Of a DNA stretch of 64,000 nucleotides, positions 44,326 through 58,875 are shown in pieces. Origin of the DNA: the human T2T-CHM13v2.0 reference genome, Homo sapiens. Each line of letters opens with the position of its first letter. Positions within the stretch are counted from its first letter, which is position 1. The stretch is taken from assembly GCF_009914755.1 (NCBI RefSeq), contig NC_060935.1. One strand, given 5' to 3'. Both the position numbers and the translations under genes were made by a program. Under the pieces are notes generated by a model, which did no database searches, was not told where the DNA came from, and saw only the letters and a list, made by a program, of their open reading frames with translations.

Positions 44326-47077
44326 GTATTATGCATTTCTTACTCTCTGACTCAGATGTTTCTTCTGAGTATGGTAGATACTTTGGTCCTTTGGTTTAAA
44401 AGCTAAGGTCTGTAAGCTTCCCTTTATCCTTGCTGGGCCATAGAATGCAATTGGGAGAAAGTATAAATAGAAATAACCTAGTTAATGACACTGCCATTTC
44501 TCTGGTCACCCAAATACAAAATTACACAGATGAAGATGATCCCTCAGCATCTTTCCTCTCTCATGTCTTCCAGAGTGGGGTCCATCTAACTAAATTGCCA
44601 GAACATGACTCCTAATATCAGAGTGAAGGCCAAGATGGTTTACATTAGACTGAGAGCTCCCTGATGAAAGCAGTGATACTACAGCTGTAGCTATCTCAGT
44701 AACCCCCTGGCACATAGAAGAGGTTTAGTACATTTTACCAAGTGAATGGATCTAATACAAGTTTAATGGACTCTAAATCAGCAGATATATTTGTTTTTGT
44801 TTATCTCCATTGTCCACTCCCCCATCACACCCTTGTTTCTTCTCCCTAGAATATTCCACTTGCCTTCAATTTCTCTTTCCAAACATATCTCTTGCTTCTT
44901 TCTACCCCAACACACCAACTTTCCTTTCTCTGCTTCTTCATCTTTTCCCACCACATTCCCCAAAATCTAGAATTTCACCAATCTGAATTATTTGCAACTC
45001 AGAGTAAGAGGAATGGATCACCTCCAATGTTTTGCACTTGTTACCTTCCACATGCCTTTTGCCATGTCTTTAACGTCAAAGTTCAGTTAAGATGACAATC
45101 TTTCCAGGAGCCTCCATAATTTATTCACTGCCTCCATCAGTCATCTACACCTCACCCCCAGACTGCGGTCAGAACTCATAGTTACCTGTGCACTCACAGG
45201 ACATTTACTTAATCTATCATTTTTGTCTGTTTATTTAATTGTTTACTTTTTATACACTATAAGATCTTTGAATGCAAGGATTGAGTCTTGTTTATGGCTG
45301 TAGGACCTGTGCCAGGTATTCAGTGGGTCCTAATAAATGTTTGTTAAGTGAATATTAGCCACCTAGTAACTGGTTTCCTTATCTATATACTCTCCATCAA
45401 CCAATTCTTTTAACTAATCACCCTCAGATACATCTTCCTTAAACACAAGTTTGGCTATATCACTCACCCCTTTAAAACCCTTCAGTAGTTTCCTCCTGCT
45501 CCAGAATAAAACGCACGCACTTTGATGTGAAATTCACAACATTCTCAATCTCTTGCTAAAGTACTATCTCTTACTGATTTTTTTCACTCATTTGCATTCC
45601 TTTCAAACTAGCTCAGCAGCTCTTTCCTGGAGCCATTTTATCTTTCTAATCTTTTCTCACCTTCCTGTCTCATGCTTTTCCTTCTGTCTTGAAATGATGC
45701 TTCCCAAATCACAGGTGAGAAATACCTTGCTCTTTTTAAGATTCTTTTCATGTCACCTTTTCCACAGTCTCTCCTAATCTATCTTATTCCCCCCAAAATG
45801 TGGTTTACCTTTGTCACTTTGTATTGTTCTTACAATAAAATTGTCCTTGAGTTTGTAATCTTTTTATTCATCCCTCATTTCACTGAGCACTTAAAATGAG
45901 TCACTGATGCACTGTAATAGACCCTGGTAATATTTAGAGAAAACGCAATGACCAGTGAGCTCTGTTTTCAGTTGATAAGACTGATAAATGTTATCAACCT
46001 AAAATGTCATAGTTAAGATGCATGCTGATTTCAGAGATACAAATATTTAAAAAGTGCATGTTAGAATCAATACAATATCAAATAAAATATCATATTCACA
46101 TGCTCCCCCAGAGGTCATTTAACCTAGCTTTGGCCGTATAAAGGAGCAGTTTCTTGGAGAATAAGATATCACAGTCTACTCTTAAAGAACGGAAAGGTAT
46201 GAATCCAAGAGACAGCAACAATACTGTCAAAGGAACAGCAGACTAGAACTCACGGAGGAGGAACCATAAAGGTTAACTTCCTCTCTTGAGATTTAAGATG
46301 CTTAAAGGCAGTTTCTTACAATTCTTTCCTTGAGAAGGTTGGTACAGTCTTAAACGGTTGTGTTAGATTAAAATTAAAATGTATTGTGGACCATTCACAT
46401 GTTACAATATAGATAAGTTTGATAATTTCTTCTTAAAATTGGCAACATGAAACTAAGGTGTCAGGAAACCTTGAAGAATGAGTGCTTGGGGGGAATATTC
46501 AATTAAAATTTGAAAGATAAATGATAAAGTATCATCCATGAGGATATGATTTGAATGACTGCACTGCCATAAAGTTTAGACTTTCACTTCTAGAGACTTG
46601 GCCAGGCTGATAAAGAAGAGTTAGTGCACATTCTCTATTCATCACAGAAAGTCCAATTCTAAATTGAATTCAATTCAAATTCTCTAAAACCCATGAGCAA
46701 CTTCTAGTCTCTGCTTGGGCATATCTTCGTCCATTCAGTTCATGGCTTCATTTGTAGTTCTGTGTGTTTTATTTTCTTCTTCATCCTTGTATCAATTCAT
46801 CCTTTTATCTAAACTATTAAGTTTTACCTGGATATGCAAAATTAACAATCACAGTGAAGCTTCCCAAATGGGGCAGTTTTTAACCCTAAAAATCATTACT
46901 CTTTCCTTAATGTGGATAGGACTTGCTCAATCTTGAGGGCAGAACGACTACCAGTTTTATTAGGTGCACTAGCTGCAGGGATTCAACAGTGTACAAGCAA
47001 GATAGGCAGTATTATTTCTCTTGTGGAGCTTTCCTTCTAGTGGTGGTGACTAACATAATTTAAAAATAAAGAAAATG

Positions 47078-47377
<300 letters not shown>

Positions 47378-47794
47378 GAAGGAAATAAAGTCAAGGAAAT
47401 AAGATGCTCCAAGAGAGCACAAGAAGGAACCATATTCATTAGAGAATGTCAAGGATGCTTTCTGAAACAATGACATATTAACTGAAGTCAGAGGAATGAG
47501 AATATCTCCCATGTGAAGAGGTGGGTAAGCTGCCTTTCAAATGAAAGGAAGAACAACCATGAGAATCTTTGTGTTGGAAAAGAGTGTGGTAGGTTCAAGG
47601 AATTGACACGGCTTTCTGAAGAGGGGTGAGTGAAGCAAACATGAGGAAGGAGAGGTAACCTGGAATAAGATTACATACGGCCTTGTTAGCCTTGGGAAGG
47701 ATTTGGGTCCCCATCCTAAGAAAAATGGGAAGTCAACAAAGAATTTCAGCAGGAGAGTGATATGACCTGATATATATTTTCAAAAGCTCACTCT

Positions 47795-48445
47795 TGAACT
47801 CTTAGTGAGCCTGTAAGAGGATGTAACTGCAATAAAAAGCAGTATGGAGGTTCTTCAAAAATATGAAAATAGAACTACAATATTATCTAGCAAACCCACT
47901 TCTGGGTATATATCCCAAAGAATTGAAAGCAAGGTCTTGAAAAGATATTTACACACCCATGTTCATAGTAGTACTATTCATGATAGCTAAGAGGTAGAAG
48001 CAACCCAAATGTTTGTTGATGAATAAATAAACAAAATGTGGTTAGAAATATCCATATATACACACACACACACAATAAAATGTTATTCAGCTTTAAAAAA
48101 GAAAGGACATTTTGTCACAAGCTACAATATGGACATATCTTAAGGACATTATGCTAAGTGAAATAGGTTGGTAATAAAAAGACAAATGGTGTATGATTCC
48201 ATTTATATGAAGTGCCTACAGTGGTGATATTCACAGAAACAGAAAGTAAAATGGTAGTTATCAGGGACTAGAGAGAGGAAGAAATAGGGAGCTGTTTAAA
48301 GGATATAAAGTTTCAGATTTACAAGAGGAAGAAGTTCGGGGGATCTGTTGTACAACAAAGTGAACATAATTAACACTACTGAACTGTACAGTTTAAAATG
48401 GTTAACATAGACTAAAATTTTATGAATTTTTTACTACAATTTTTT
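47795..48445 (+). mobile_element. L1MA9/MB-type 3' end nested in the same L2
   Basis: ORF2 tail plus 3'UTR; TSD-like aaaagct(c/t)actct at 47782-47794 and 48446-48458. Confidence 0.85.
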
Positions 48446-49037
48446 AAAAGCTTACTCTAGCTGCCAAAGGAGAATGGATTCAAAGGGAGAGGGCAAAAGT
48501 TGGGGAGACCAGTTGGGAGGCATTTAGAGAACCTGTGCTGGTGCCTGAGACAGGCAAGTGGCAGAGCCTGCAGGCCAATGAGCTCAGCCCCTGCCCATCT
48601 GCATTTCCTACAGTAGGAAGCATCTAGGGGCCACAAACTCCAAGTTTTCTTTTGCCCACCCACACAACATTCCAAATGTCCATGTCTTTTATTCTTTCAA
48701 CCCTCCAACATCTTTTCTCAGAGGAGATAAGAAGTAACAAAAAAAATGAATTTTGTAACACTTGGTGACTAAGTTCACTCCCATCTGGGCCCATCTTTTG
48801 CCTGATAGGAGACAGGACATGGTCAGGTAGCAGGTGGACTTTAAGCAACCATATCCAGCTTTGAGATTGGGGCCTAGTGGACAGTGGGTATAAAGATACT
48901 CTGTGTTAGCCTCTCATCAAAAATGCACCCCCAGTTATTTTTTGTAAACTTGAGCATCTGACCTAACATGTGTTTAGTCTTTCTTCCTGACTCGTATTTC
49001 TGTTTTGGCTCATAGCAACAACCCTAAATGGTTAGAG

Positions 49038-49262
49038 CAAGAGTATCCAGTCTCCGATCTTTTGGCTTCCCTAGGCCACAATGGGAGAAGAATTGTCTTG
49101 GGCCACACATAAAACACACTGATAGCTGATGAGCTAAAAATAAATAAATAAATTGCAAAACAGTCCCACGATGTTATTCAAATGTTTTTGCATTTGTGTT
49201 GGCCCACATTCGAAGCTGTCCTGGGCCACATGTGACCCACAGGCCGCAGGTTGGACAAGCTG
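49038..49262 (+). mobile_element. MER30 hAT MITE with a perfect 8-bp TSD
   Basis: TSD ggttagag at 49030-49037 and 49263-49270. Confidence 0.92.
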
Positions 49263-49381
49263 GGTTAGAGGGTGAAGAGCCTCTGTTCCCCAGATTACAC
49301 ATGTAGTACTCCCACACTCTTACCAAACAATTATTTTGTATTGTGATTAAAAATTATATTTCAAACTCATTATGGAATCAT

Positions 49382-49474
49382 TCATGTGTTCTTATCATTT
49401 AGCTCCCACTTATAATTGAGAACATGTAGTATTGCGTTTTCTGTTCCTATGTTAGTTTGCTAAGGATAATGGCC
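49382..49474 (-). mobile_element. Short internal L1PA/PB 3' fragment within an old L1ME relic (~49330-50620)
   Basis: catttagctcccacttata..gagaacatg...gttagtttgctaaggataatggcc; no tail or TSD. Confidence 0.75.
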
Positions 49475-49698
49475 CTACATAACAAAGTAATTTACATCAG
49501 CTATACAATCTATAAGGAATAATGTAACAAACTTCCTCATAACTGCCATCCATCTTTAAAAAGTATTACCAGCAGAATGGAGGCCCCTGGGTATCCATCC
49601 CGGGTCATATCTGTCTGCCTCTCCCCTGAGGTAATTGTGGAATTTTATCTGTATAATTCCCTGTTTTCCCCAATAGTCTTACTACATAGACAGGTAAT

Positions 49699-50094
49699 TG
49701 TAATGGTTAGTTTTATGTGTCAACTTGGCTAAATTATAGTATTCAATTACTTAATTTAGGTGTTGCTATGAAGGAATTTTGTAGTTGTGGTTAACATCTA
49801 CAATCAGTTGACTTTAAGTAAAGGAAATTATCATTGATATTCTGGGTGGGCCTCATCTGACCATTTGAAAGGTCTTAGAAGCAAAACTAGGGTTTCCATG
49901 AGAAAGAATAGATTTCATCTGTGGATTTCTTGCTTAGTGCCTATTGAAGAGTTTCCAGCCTGCTGCCCTGCCCTATTGATTTTAGCTCCCACAATGACAA
50001 AAGCAAATTCCTTAAAATAAATTTGTTTATATACACATATTAATATATATACACATACTGGTTCCATTTCTCTGATATGATCTTTACTGATACA
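49699..50094 (+). mobile_element. MLT2D-type solo LTR
   Basis: tgtaatggttagttttatgtgtcaacttggcta...caatcagttgactttaagtaaagg...actgataca; TSD gtaat/gtatt. Confidence 0.88.
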
Positions 50095-50869
50095 GTATTC
50101 CTTAAAAATGCTTAGTTTATATCTATTTTGGAACTTTATGTAAGCAGTATCATATTGTGGCTATTTTTCTACAACATTTCATTGAGAAATTTATTTATGT
50201 TGATGTGTGCAAAACTAGATCATTTCTTTTTAATTTTTTACAGTATGTTATTATTAGTATATCACAATGTACCATTTTTTTTTTTCTGAGAGAGATATTT
50301 GGGCTTTTTCTATTATTTTCCTTTCCGGAATAACAAAACTAACAATACTGCTAAAAATCCTTGCATGTGTTTTTTGGTGCACATATGTAAAACTCTTGTT
50401 AGAACATATATACCTAGGAGAGTAGAGGAGTTCTGGGTCTTAGACTATATGCATCTTCAATTTTTCTAGATATCTGTTCCGTGCTTTCTCCAATGATCTT
50501 ACTACAAAGTAGTTGTATTTTTGTCAGAAATATACCAATTTACAAACTATCAGCAACATATGAGAACTATGATTTTTCCATACTCTCAGTAAAACCTGGA
50601 ATTATCAAGAAAAACACTTATAACGTGACTATATATCAGATTTGGAAAATCTCATCGACAGGATTTATAGATACATTATATGTAAGGGGTGAGAAAGATA
50701 AAGGAGTCAAGGATCATTCAAAGATTTTTAACTCTAGTATTCATTAATATTTATTCTAAGTGTTATTATTCTTATTATTATCTCTAACGCTTGTGATGAA
50801 CTTGAACAAATAAAAAAACTTCACTAAGTGGTTTGGAGTTGGTTTATTTCCCAGATTACATCCCTTGTG

Positions 50870-50902
50870 TGCAGCATTCACTGTCAGCCACAAGGTGGCA
50901 AG
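50870..50902 (+). promoter_or_regulatory. Candidate CTCF site with upstream (ZF9-11) motif
   Basis: TGCAGCATT-N6-CAGCCACAAGGTGGCA. Confidence 0.65.
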
Positions 50903-53900
50903 CTAAGCATCCTTAAATCTAAAGCTCAACTCTGGTCTGGGTGAACTTGACTATTCTTAGAAAGTTTATAAAGCAAGAACTTATTCCCCAGTAGTGAATT
51001 CTTATGGGTATAGCACACATGCTTCTTTCCTAAAAATTGTGGCATCTTTGCAATGTATGTCTCCTTGTATAAGGAAACAAGCAGAAACCTTTTTTTCTTA
51101 AATAAAACTCTAAACCAATCAGGGCTCTGCTAGCATCCTTTTGGCTCCCTTTAATCACAGCACACATTCTAGACTCCTAATCCTGCCATCCAAGACCCTC
51201 TACAAACTGCCTTAAATCTTCGCTTCTAACTTCACCTTCCTTTACTTTCTTTATACTTCAAATACCTACCGCTCCCCAGCTCCCTATACACACACCACTT
51301 TTTATTCCTCTGCCTAAACATTCCAGCTCTCAGGGCATAGTCCACCTACGCCAAATTCCGTTCAGATGTGTATAACTCATAGTTCACATTTCCATGACTT
51401 GGTGAAGGCTATTGATTCCTTATCTTCTTTATTTTTTTGCATCTATTCAATTGAAATGCAAATTTGAGTCTCAGCTTCAAGAGTACTCTTCCAAAGACTT
51501 CAGGGTCTCCTCCAGCAGTTAGCTATGATTCTCCTAAGCCCCTCAAAACATTTTTTATACCATCATTAGAGCTGTCACATTTTATTATAACATTTTTATC
51601 TTTTTTCTCCCCAAAAGCTTGTTACCAACAGAGAGTCATGACAGATTTTTCTTTGACTCTGTCAGTGACCATTCCACGCCTGGCAGCTCAATGGATGTTG
51701 AGTAGCTTGCTGAATAAATGAATGAATAAATAGATATTGTATGAAGGCAAATATTTAATTTTGAGTGATGTATGTTTCCTATCAGTATGTAGAGTACCCA
51801 ACAAAGTGCTTATATTGCCTGAACTTTTATCTATTATTACTGTTGTCATTATAACAAAAATCATTTAAAAGTAAACAAACACTGAGTTGGTTGTTAACCA
51901 GACACAGAAGATACAGCTTCTGCCATGAAGAGGTAAGCCAAGGGGACCTAGGGAGATGGCATAACTTAGGGAACAATTAGAGACACAGACAATGTGTGCA
52001 TATGTAAATTAGTATAATATACTGATATAATAAAGTAATTCACTTAATGTAATTAAATAAATCATTAGGTTTCACTGTTGGCACGAGAAGTTTCCATAAT
52101 TCAGTTGACACATAAAATATTTTTTTCAGCAAACATATTATTGATTTTCCACAAAGGTTATAATATAATAAGCATATAATATTGATTTCTTTTAAAAGCT
52201 CTCCATCCAGAGCTACGAGAATCTCAGAGGAATTGTAATCCCTTCTAATTAAAAGCTTCAACATGCAAATATGTGCTATTAGGCATTAGGCACCATATGC
52301 TGCACTATAATCTGAACTTGCTAACTGTGTCTCTTCGGTCCTCTGAATATAACTATTTCCTGATCAATACATTTTTTGCATTTTATCTTCTTGGGTTTAG
52401 ATCTAAAAGGTTTCCTAAGTTAGTTTATGCTAGATCTTAATTCTATTTTAATTTTAAATTGATTAAATCAATAGTTACTGAGTGACTATGAGATACAAGA
52501 AAATGGGCTATGCTCTAACATATGGCACATGACATGTTATCCCATTTGTTTTTAGCTATTATTTTGATGAAGACCTACTCTGTGCCAGATATTCCTCTAG
52601 GAGGAAGAATCTAAGGCTCAAAAATGTATATAGGTATGCTGGAGTATCTTGTGTACTTGTTGGGAAATCACAGGAATAAATTCAGCCTAACAGGTTTTGC
52701 ATAATCTTTTTAGATTCTTTTATATAATACTAGCTACAGGACTGTATATAGTCTGGATACCAAATTTGGGAATCTGATCTTCCCTTTAAGTCAAATTTAG
52801 TAGGAAAGCCACATTGTATTGATTTTAGCCAATGTTCTCAAATGAAGCAACTTAAGTCAGCTTAAAAATTGCTGTTGACTATTATTGAATACCTACAGTG
52901 TGCTAGGCACTATCAATTCAGCTGAAACTCATTAATTCAAGTGAATAACTCAGTCCCCATTAGGAGGGCTCACATTTTACAAATGACCAAGCAAGAGAAA
53001 AACACCCAGCTGAAAGGCAACAGAACTGGCAGGCACTTTTATCATCTGCTGTTAATTGGAAGTAGAAGAACTTAATTTTATTCAGAATAATGCTTCATCA
53101 TGGCTTTGGAAAGTAATGAATTCTCAGGGGATCTGAATGTGCGCCTCTAATAAACTTTCTATAAGACATGGCAGATTTGTTGAGAGAGGAGAGGGGTCTT
53201 CTTATAAAATATTCTGGGCTGTGGAAAGGTAAAATAAAACAAATGTACATTTTGGGTTAAAATCAACAGAAAATCATAAAATTATTTTATCTGGCCATCC
53301 ATAGACTACTATGAGCTTTTAAGTTAATTTATGTATGAGCATAATGGAGAGTTGAGGCAAGAAAATGAGGGGTATGCTGAAGATGGAGTAGGTATTACTT
53401 CAAGAGGTCTGAGTGCCACCCTTTGCCATGAAGGAAAACTAATAAATTGATATTTTGGAGTTAGAGTACTCACGCTTTTACAATGTGACTTGATACTGCA
53501 TTTTTAAATAACTCCTTCAACACAGATTTATTGGGCATCTGTCATCAGCTAGGCACTTTGGTAGATACTAGGAATACAATAATCAATGAAATAATTTCAT
53601 TCCCTTTTCTCATGGTGTTTGGTCTGGTATGGGGAGGCAAATGTTAAATGCATAAGTGACTACTGACTACTTAATTATAGCCATAATATTAGCTGTGAAA
53701 CAGTATATTGGGCATTTGGAGTATGTGCAGTGAGTAGGACATATAGTTCAATAGGTTTAGGTGATAATGCAAATGATAGATGTGCTTTACTGAGCATCTA
53801 TATTCTTCTGGTCATTATGCTAACTCTTTTGCATTATTTCCAATTTTTATAATTATCCTACAAAAATAAAATACACTTCTGTCACAGATGAGAACTCCTG

Positions 53901-55344
53901 ATCCTATAGATTTCATGATGGCAGATGCCATCAAGCCATAGCCTGTTACACCCTTTTGCCATCTCATCTTCTAAGACTCAGATTAAATGTTACCTCTCTT
54001 TTAAGACTCATATTAAATGTTACCTTTCTGTGAAACCTCCCTTCTAGCAGCCAATGTTCTCTCTTCTGTGCTTTCCAAAGCTCTTGCTTTAAACTCTAAT
54101 ATTTAGAAGTGTAATTAATCTACTTATAAGTCTGACTTGCCCACCAGACAGTCATCTTCTTAAGGAGGAGACTATGTTTTAATTGTATTTCATTTACTTT
54201 CATACCTCCTGCACCCAGCAAGCTCAGTGCTTGACATTTATAATTCCTCAATAAATATTTATTAAATCATTGTTGAGTGAAAGAAATTTGTTCTTATAAT
54301 CTATAGCAAGAATGCAACACAAATGGGAAAATAAGGATAGCATTTCATTTGAAATGCTAAGAAAATATTTGAAAGGCAAATTGTTAGTTAATAAGTATCT
54401 AGAATAGACCATGAACCTTGTACACAATACATATTAATTTGAAGATTTAAAATTGACTTCTTTTTTTAACTTCCTAAGTACTGATGAACACTATATATGT
54501 CAAACGAAATTGCAACTGGGTTTCAACCAAACAGAATTCACCTAGATAATTTAGCCTTGCACTGCTTTCTCAATCTTGATTTATACTTATCAAAATGTGA
54601 CAAAATTTCATGTAATCCATAAATACATACCCCTTATGTAACCATAAGAATTTTTAAAAGTTAAAAAAAAAGTAATGTGACAGAATATACTTTTATAAAG
54701 TTACATGTTTACAATATCAAGCAATGTATAATAGAATCAATGACCCTTGATCTAGAAGGAACTCCAAGATATCCTTTGGTTCAGTCCCCTGTCTATGAGA
54801 AACACTATTCAGAACTGATGGCTGTCATAGACTAAATAATGACTACCATTTAAGTTACTAACTCCCAGGATAAAGGCAGCATTTTCTATGACTGCCTATG
54901 TCTCTACCCAATACTAGCTTCTAAGATAATATAAAATGTAAAATTTTTTTAAAAAGAAAAAAAATTGGGAGCACTCATTTCCTTCTTTGCATGTGGATTC
55001 AAAGGAGGAGTCCAATTCAAATTTCCAGCCCCTACATGAAGGCTTCTGGGTTTGCCTCATCTGCAAGTGCTCTCTCCCTTGACATTTTATCTCTAAATGC
55101 TTATAATAGTTAGCTTGAAAATTATACCCTGTATTTTGGAATTGTTTGTGTCATTTGTTTAAATAACAGTCTATGAGATCTATGAGTCCCTTCTTAAAAC
55201 TAAATTTTTAACAGCAGTTTCGTCTTATATTTTCTGATTCCTCCAAGCAACTGCTATAGTAGATGTGTCTTGTGTTACAGTAACAATGCAAAAAATCTTT
55301 AAAATATATTTCTTAGAATAAATAAATATCCAACTCTTTACCTC

Positions 55345-55640
55345 TTTTTCTTTCTTTCTTTCTTTTTTTTTTTTTCTTTTGAGACAGGTTCTTGCTCTGT
55401 CGCCCAGGCTGGAGTGCAGTGGTACGAACATGGCTCCCTGCTGCAGCCTCAACCAACTGTGCTCAAGTGACCCTCCTGCATCAACCTCCAAAATAGTTGG
55501 GACTACAGGCATATGCCACTGTACCTGGCTAATTTTTTATTTTTCATAGACATGGGGTCTTGGCATGTTGTTCAGGCTGTTCTCAAACTGCTGGGCTCAA
55601 GTGATCCTCTCGCCTCAGCCTCCCAAAATGCTGTGATTAC
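55345..55640 (-). mobile_element. AluJ
   Basis: ctgcagcctcaacc...gctcaagtga (J-type); poly-T at left. Confidence 0.9.
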
Positions 55641-57392
55641 CAACTTTTATAAAACCACATTTCAACTCCATTTACGTAAGTTTATCTTGAGTAACGTTTC
55701 TACTAAAATCCATTCATATTGGGCTGCATTCCTTGTGCCTAGCACTGTCGCTAGCATATAATAGGCTATAAATACATATATGTTGAATATAAAAATGAAG
55801 GAAGAATCCAGTTGGCACCTGCGGACTTTTCAACCACGTCTGATATTGAGCTATCTCAAAACATGATGGTGAGTAAATGAATGAGTGATGCTACACCCAC
55901 AACACATCCACATTTGCAAGGAACACTATGCATAGTACTATTGTGATTTATGTTGTTTATGTTTACCATAAATGTTGATATTTCTTTTTTTCAAAAACCC
56001 TGGCATTTTTGAGGCCTCCTTCTAACATAATTAGTGAGAAGTAATGACTGAGTGACCTTTTGACAACAATCCCCAGGGCTGGAAGGAATCATGCTTTTTT
56101 TCAGAACCTGGCATTTTGGCTGCAAGCAGCAGCACTGGGAGCTCACTGAAAGAGCCAAAATGTGTCAGAGCACAGGGCAAAATGGCACAGCTGCCAGGTG
56201 AGGTTCAGATGCTGTCTGTGTTTTAGGTTGAAGCAGTGAAAAGGCAGACTCTAAAATCGGTCTTGTTCTTACACTCATGCGTAGCTGGCTTTGAGTTCAA
56301 GAAAGTTTAAGTAAAGCAGTTAAATGTACACCAGAATCATTACAATAACACTCAGATCTTGGTCCTGGCTCTGTGAGGCTCTGAAGTAGCTGTGTGACAT
56401 CTTAGCAGCTATGTGACATCTTATTAGTTATGTGACCTCCTCTGGTAGACAAATTTCTCATCTGAAACATGTTTAGAGAACTAGGCTAGAAAAGTGGCTC
56501 TCTTTTGTGCTGTGGAGACACACTGAAAGGTCATGTTCATCGTGAAAAACATTTCAGATACTGATATTAATTATATAGTGATTGGAAATCATTTACTCAA
56601 AAAAATAAAGGATAAAAGATTTAAAAGGAGACAACTCCAGTCTCACTCGCTTATATTCTGTGTGTTTGCTTTAGAGGAAAAGAAAGAAGTCAGATGTCAG
56701 TTAATGCAACTTCAATAAAGCACAGCCTATTTTATCCAGGGTAAGCCTATTGCAAGTGACCCTAACTGAAGCTGTGACAATAACAGGTGGTTGCAAAGGC
56801 TCGTCTATGCAGTATTATTGGGGGTTTTTATAAAAGCTTGGGTATGCTTATAGGCATGAGTTGCCTCTTATGCCTGTTACAGAGGAAAAAATACTGAGAA
56901 GAGTGAGCAAGAAGCTGTCTAAAGTCCCTGTCAGCACTGAACTGTGGAGATTTGGATCAGAGTCAACCTCAGGGAACTGACTTTACAGTATCCTTGGAGA
57001 CACTACACATATCCCTGAAGCAAGGCTTTAAACCCTTGAAAGATCCCATCCGAGAATGTACTATTCCCTTATTGGGTGAGACTGCAAGGCAGGGGGGTTG
57101 CTTGGGAAAGAATAAGAAAGATAACTCTTGAATAAGCATAAAATATCGCTTGTTTTTAAATACTGCCCAAAATAGCACCTCCATTTCTTTTTTATTCTGC
57201 ACATAATGTCGTCTAACTAATATTTATATATGGTTTTTCTTTAACAAAAAGCTATTCTTACAGAACTATGCTGAATCATGGCTCTGGGTCTCAAGTTGCC
57301 ATAACTGTAAAATGGTTTGGGTTAAATATTACCTAAGGTGTCTCCTAAGAGTATGATTCAGTGATTTTCTCAAAAAGATGTGAGTGCCTGGC

Positions 57393-57425
57393 TGCTGCCA
57401 CCTGGTGTCAGCTACCTGAACTACA
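57393..57425 (-). promoter_or_regulatory. Candidate CTCF site with upstream (ZF9-11) motif
   Basis: Minus strand reads TGTAGTTCA-N5-CTGACACCAGGTGGCAGCA. Confidence 0.65.
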
Positions 57426-58571
57426 GTTACCAAAGAAGTTAATTCTTTCCTGTGTTTGCACATTCTGTCCAATTTAGTAATAATATGACAGTGCAACATG
57501 ATGACTTTATAAGGTGAAATGGTCTCAACAGATAATCTAGTCTATATGACTGTGTGATACATAAAAATTACATTCTACTTTTAAAGACACCTACAGGTAG
57601 ATTCTCTAAATTCTTTTGTCACCATTTCTGTGTATCACTACATTTTAAATTCTTCCTGATATTACTCCTTCCTGATATATTCATCATTATACTATAAAGC
57701 ATTCCCTTCAAACTCAAAAATAAAAATAAAATATTTTCATTTATATTTTAGTGGAATTAAAAGAACATGTAAGTGACCAGCTTGTCCATATACACAGGTG
57801 TAAATAGAGGCTTCTGACAAAGAAAATAGGTCTCAGTCAGTACTGCGCACTCAAATTACCTGTAAAATGTCTCTATTAGCTGGAAGCATGGGATGTCAAA
57901 AGTAGTAGAATAGGGCATCATGACTATAGGGATTTGGGTCTAAATATGTCAGTTATTTGCTGTATAATACTGTAAAGATTACTTAATTTTACTGAGTCAG
58001 TTTCCATTTGCACATAGGTACAACAATTTCCACCTCATGGAACTTTCAAAGTTAAAGTAACTAGAACATAATAGTGTCTAATAAATGTTAGAAAACTCTG
58101 TGAGTCATACAGAGCACTATAGATGCCCCTGAATGAAGGTTTCCAACCCTTAGAAAAACAGCACAATACCTAGAACATAGTATGTGCTCAATACATAATT
58201 GTTGATAAATAATTGATTATTACTCATGTTCAAATGTCAGATTATAAGGCTTCCAGGACAGGCTTTGATGCTCTACCTCAAATTTATATTGGAGATGGGT
58301 CTGATAACAAAATTGGTGCTTATGAGAATAGGACCCAGATCATGTAACACATTGCTATGGATTATATTTAGTTGTATTCACGTGAGCTTCCCCTACAAGC
58401 CTATTAAATCCTTGAAGGCAGGAGCTATATTTTAAATATCTCTATATCTCTAGTGATTTGATGATCACTAGAATGATCATCAAATGTGACATATGCAATA
58501 AATATATCATTCGATAAAGTATTATTGACACCAACATAACTACTATTTCCACGTTAAATTTCATATGATGA

Positions 58572-58875
<304 letters not shown>

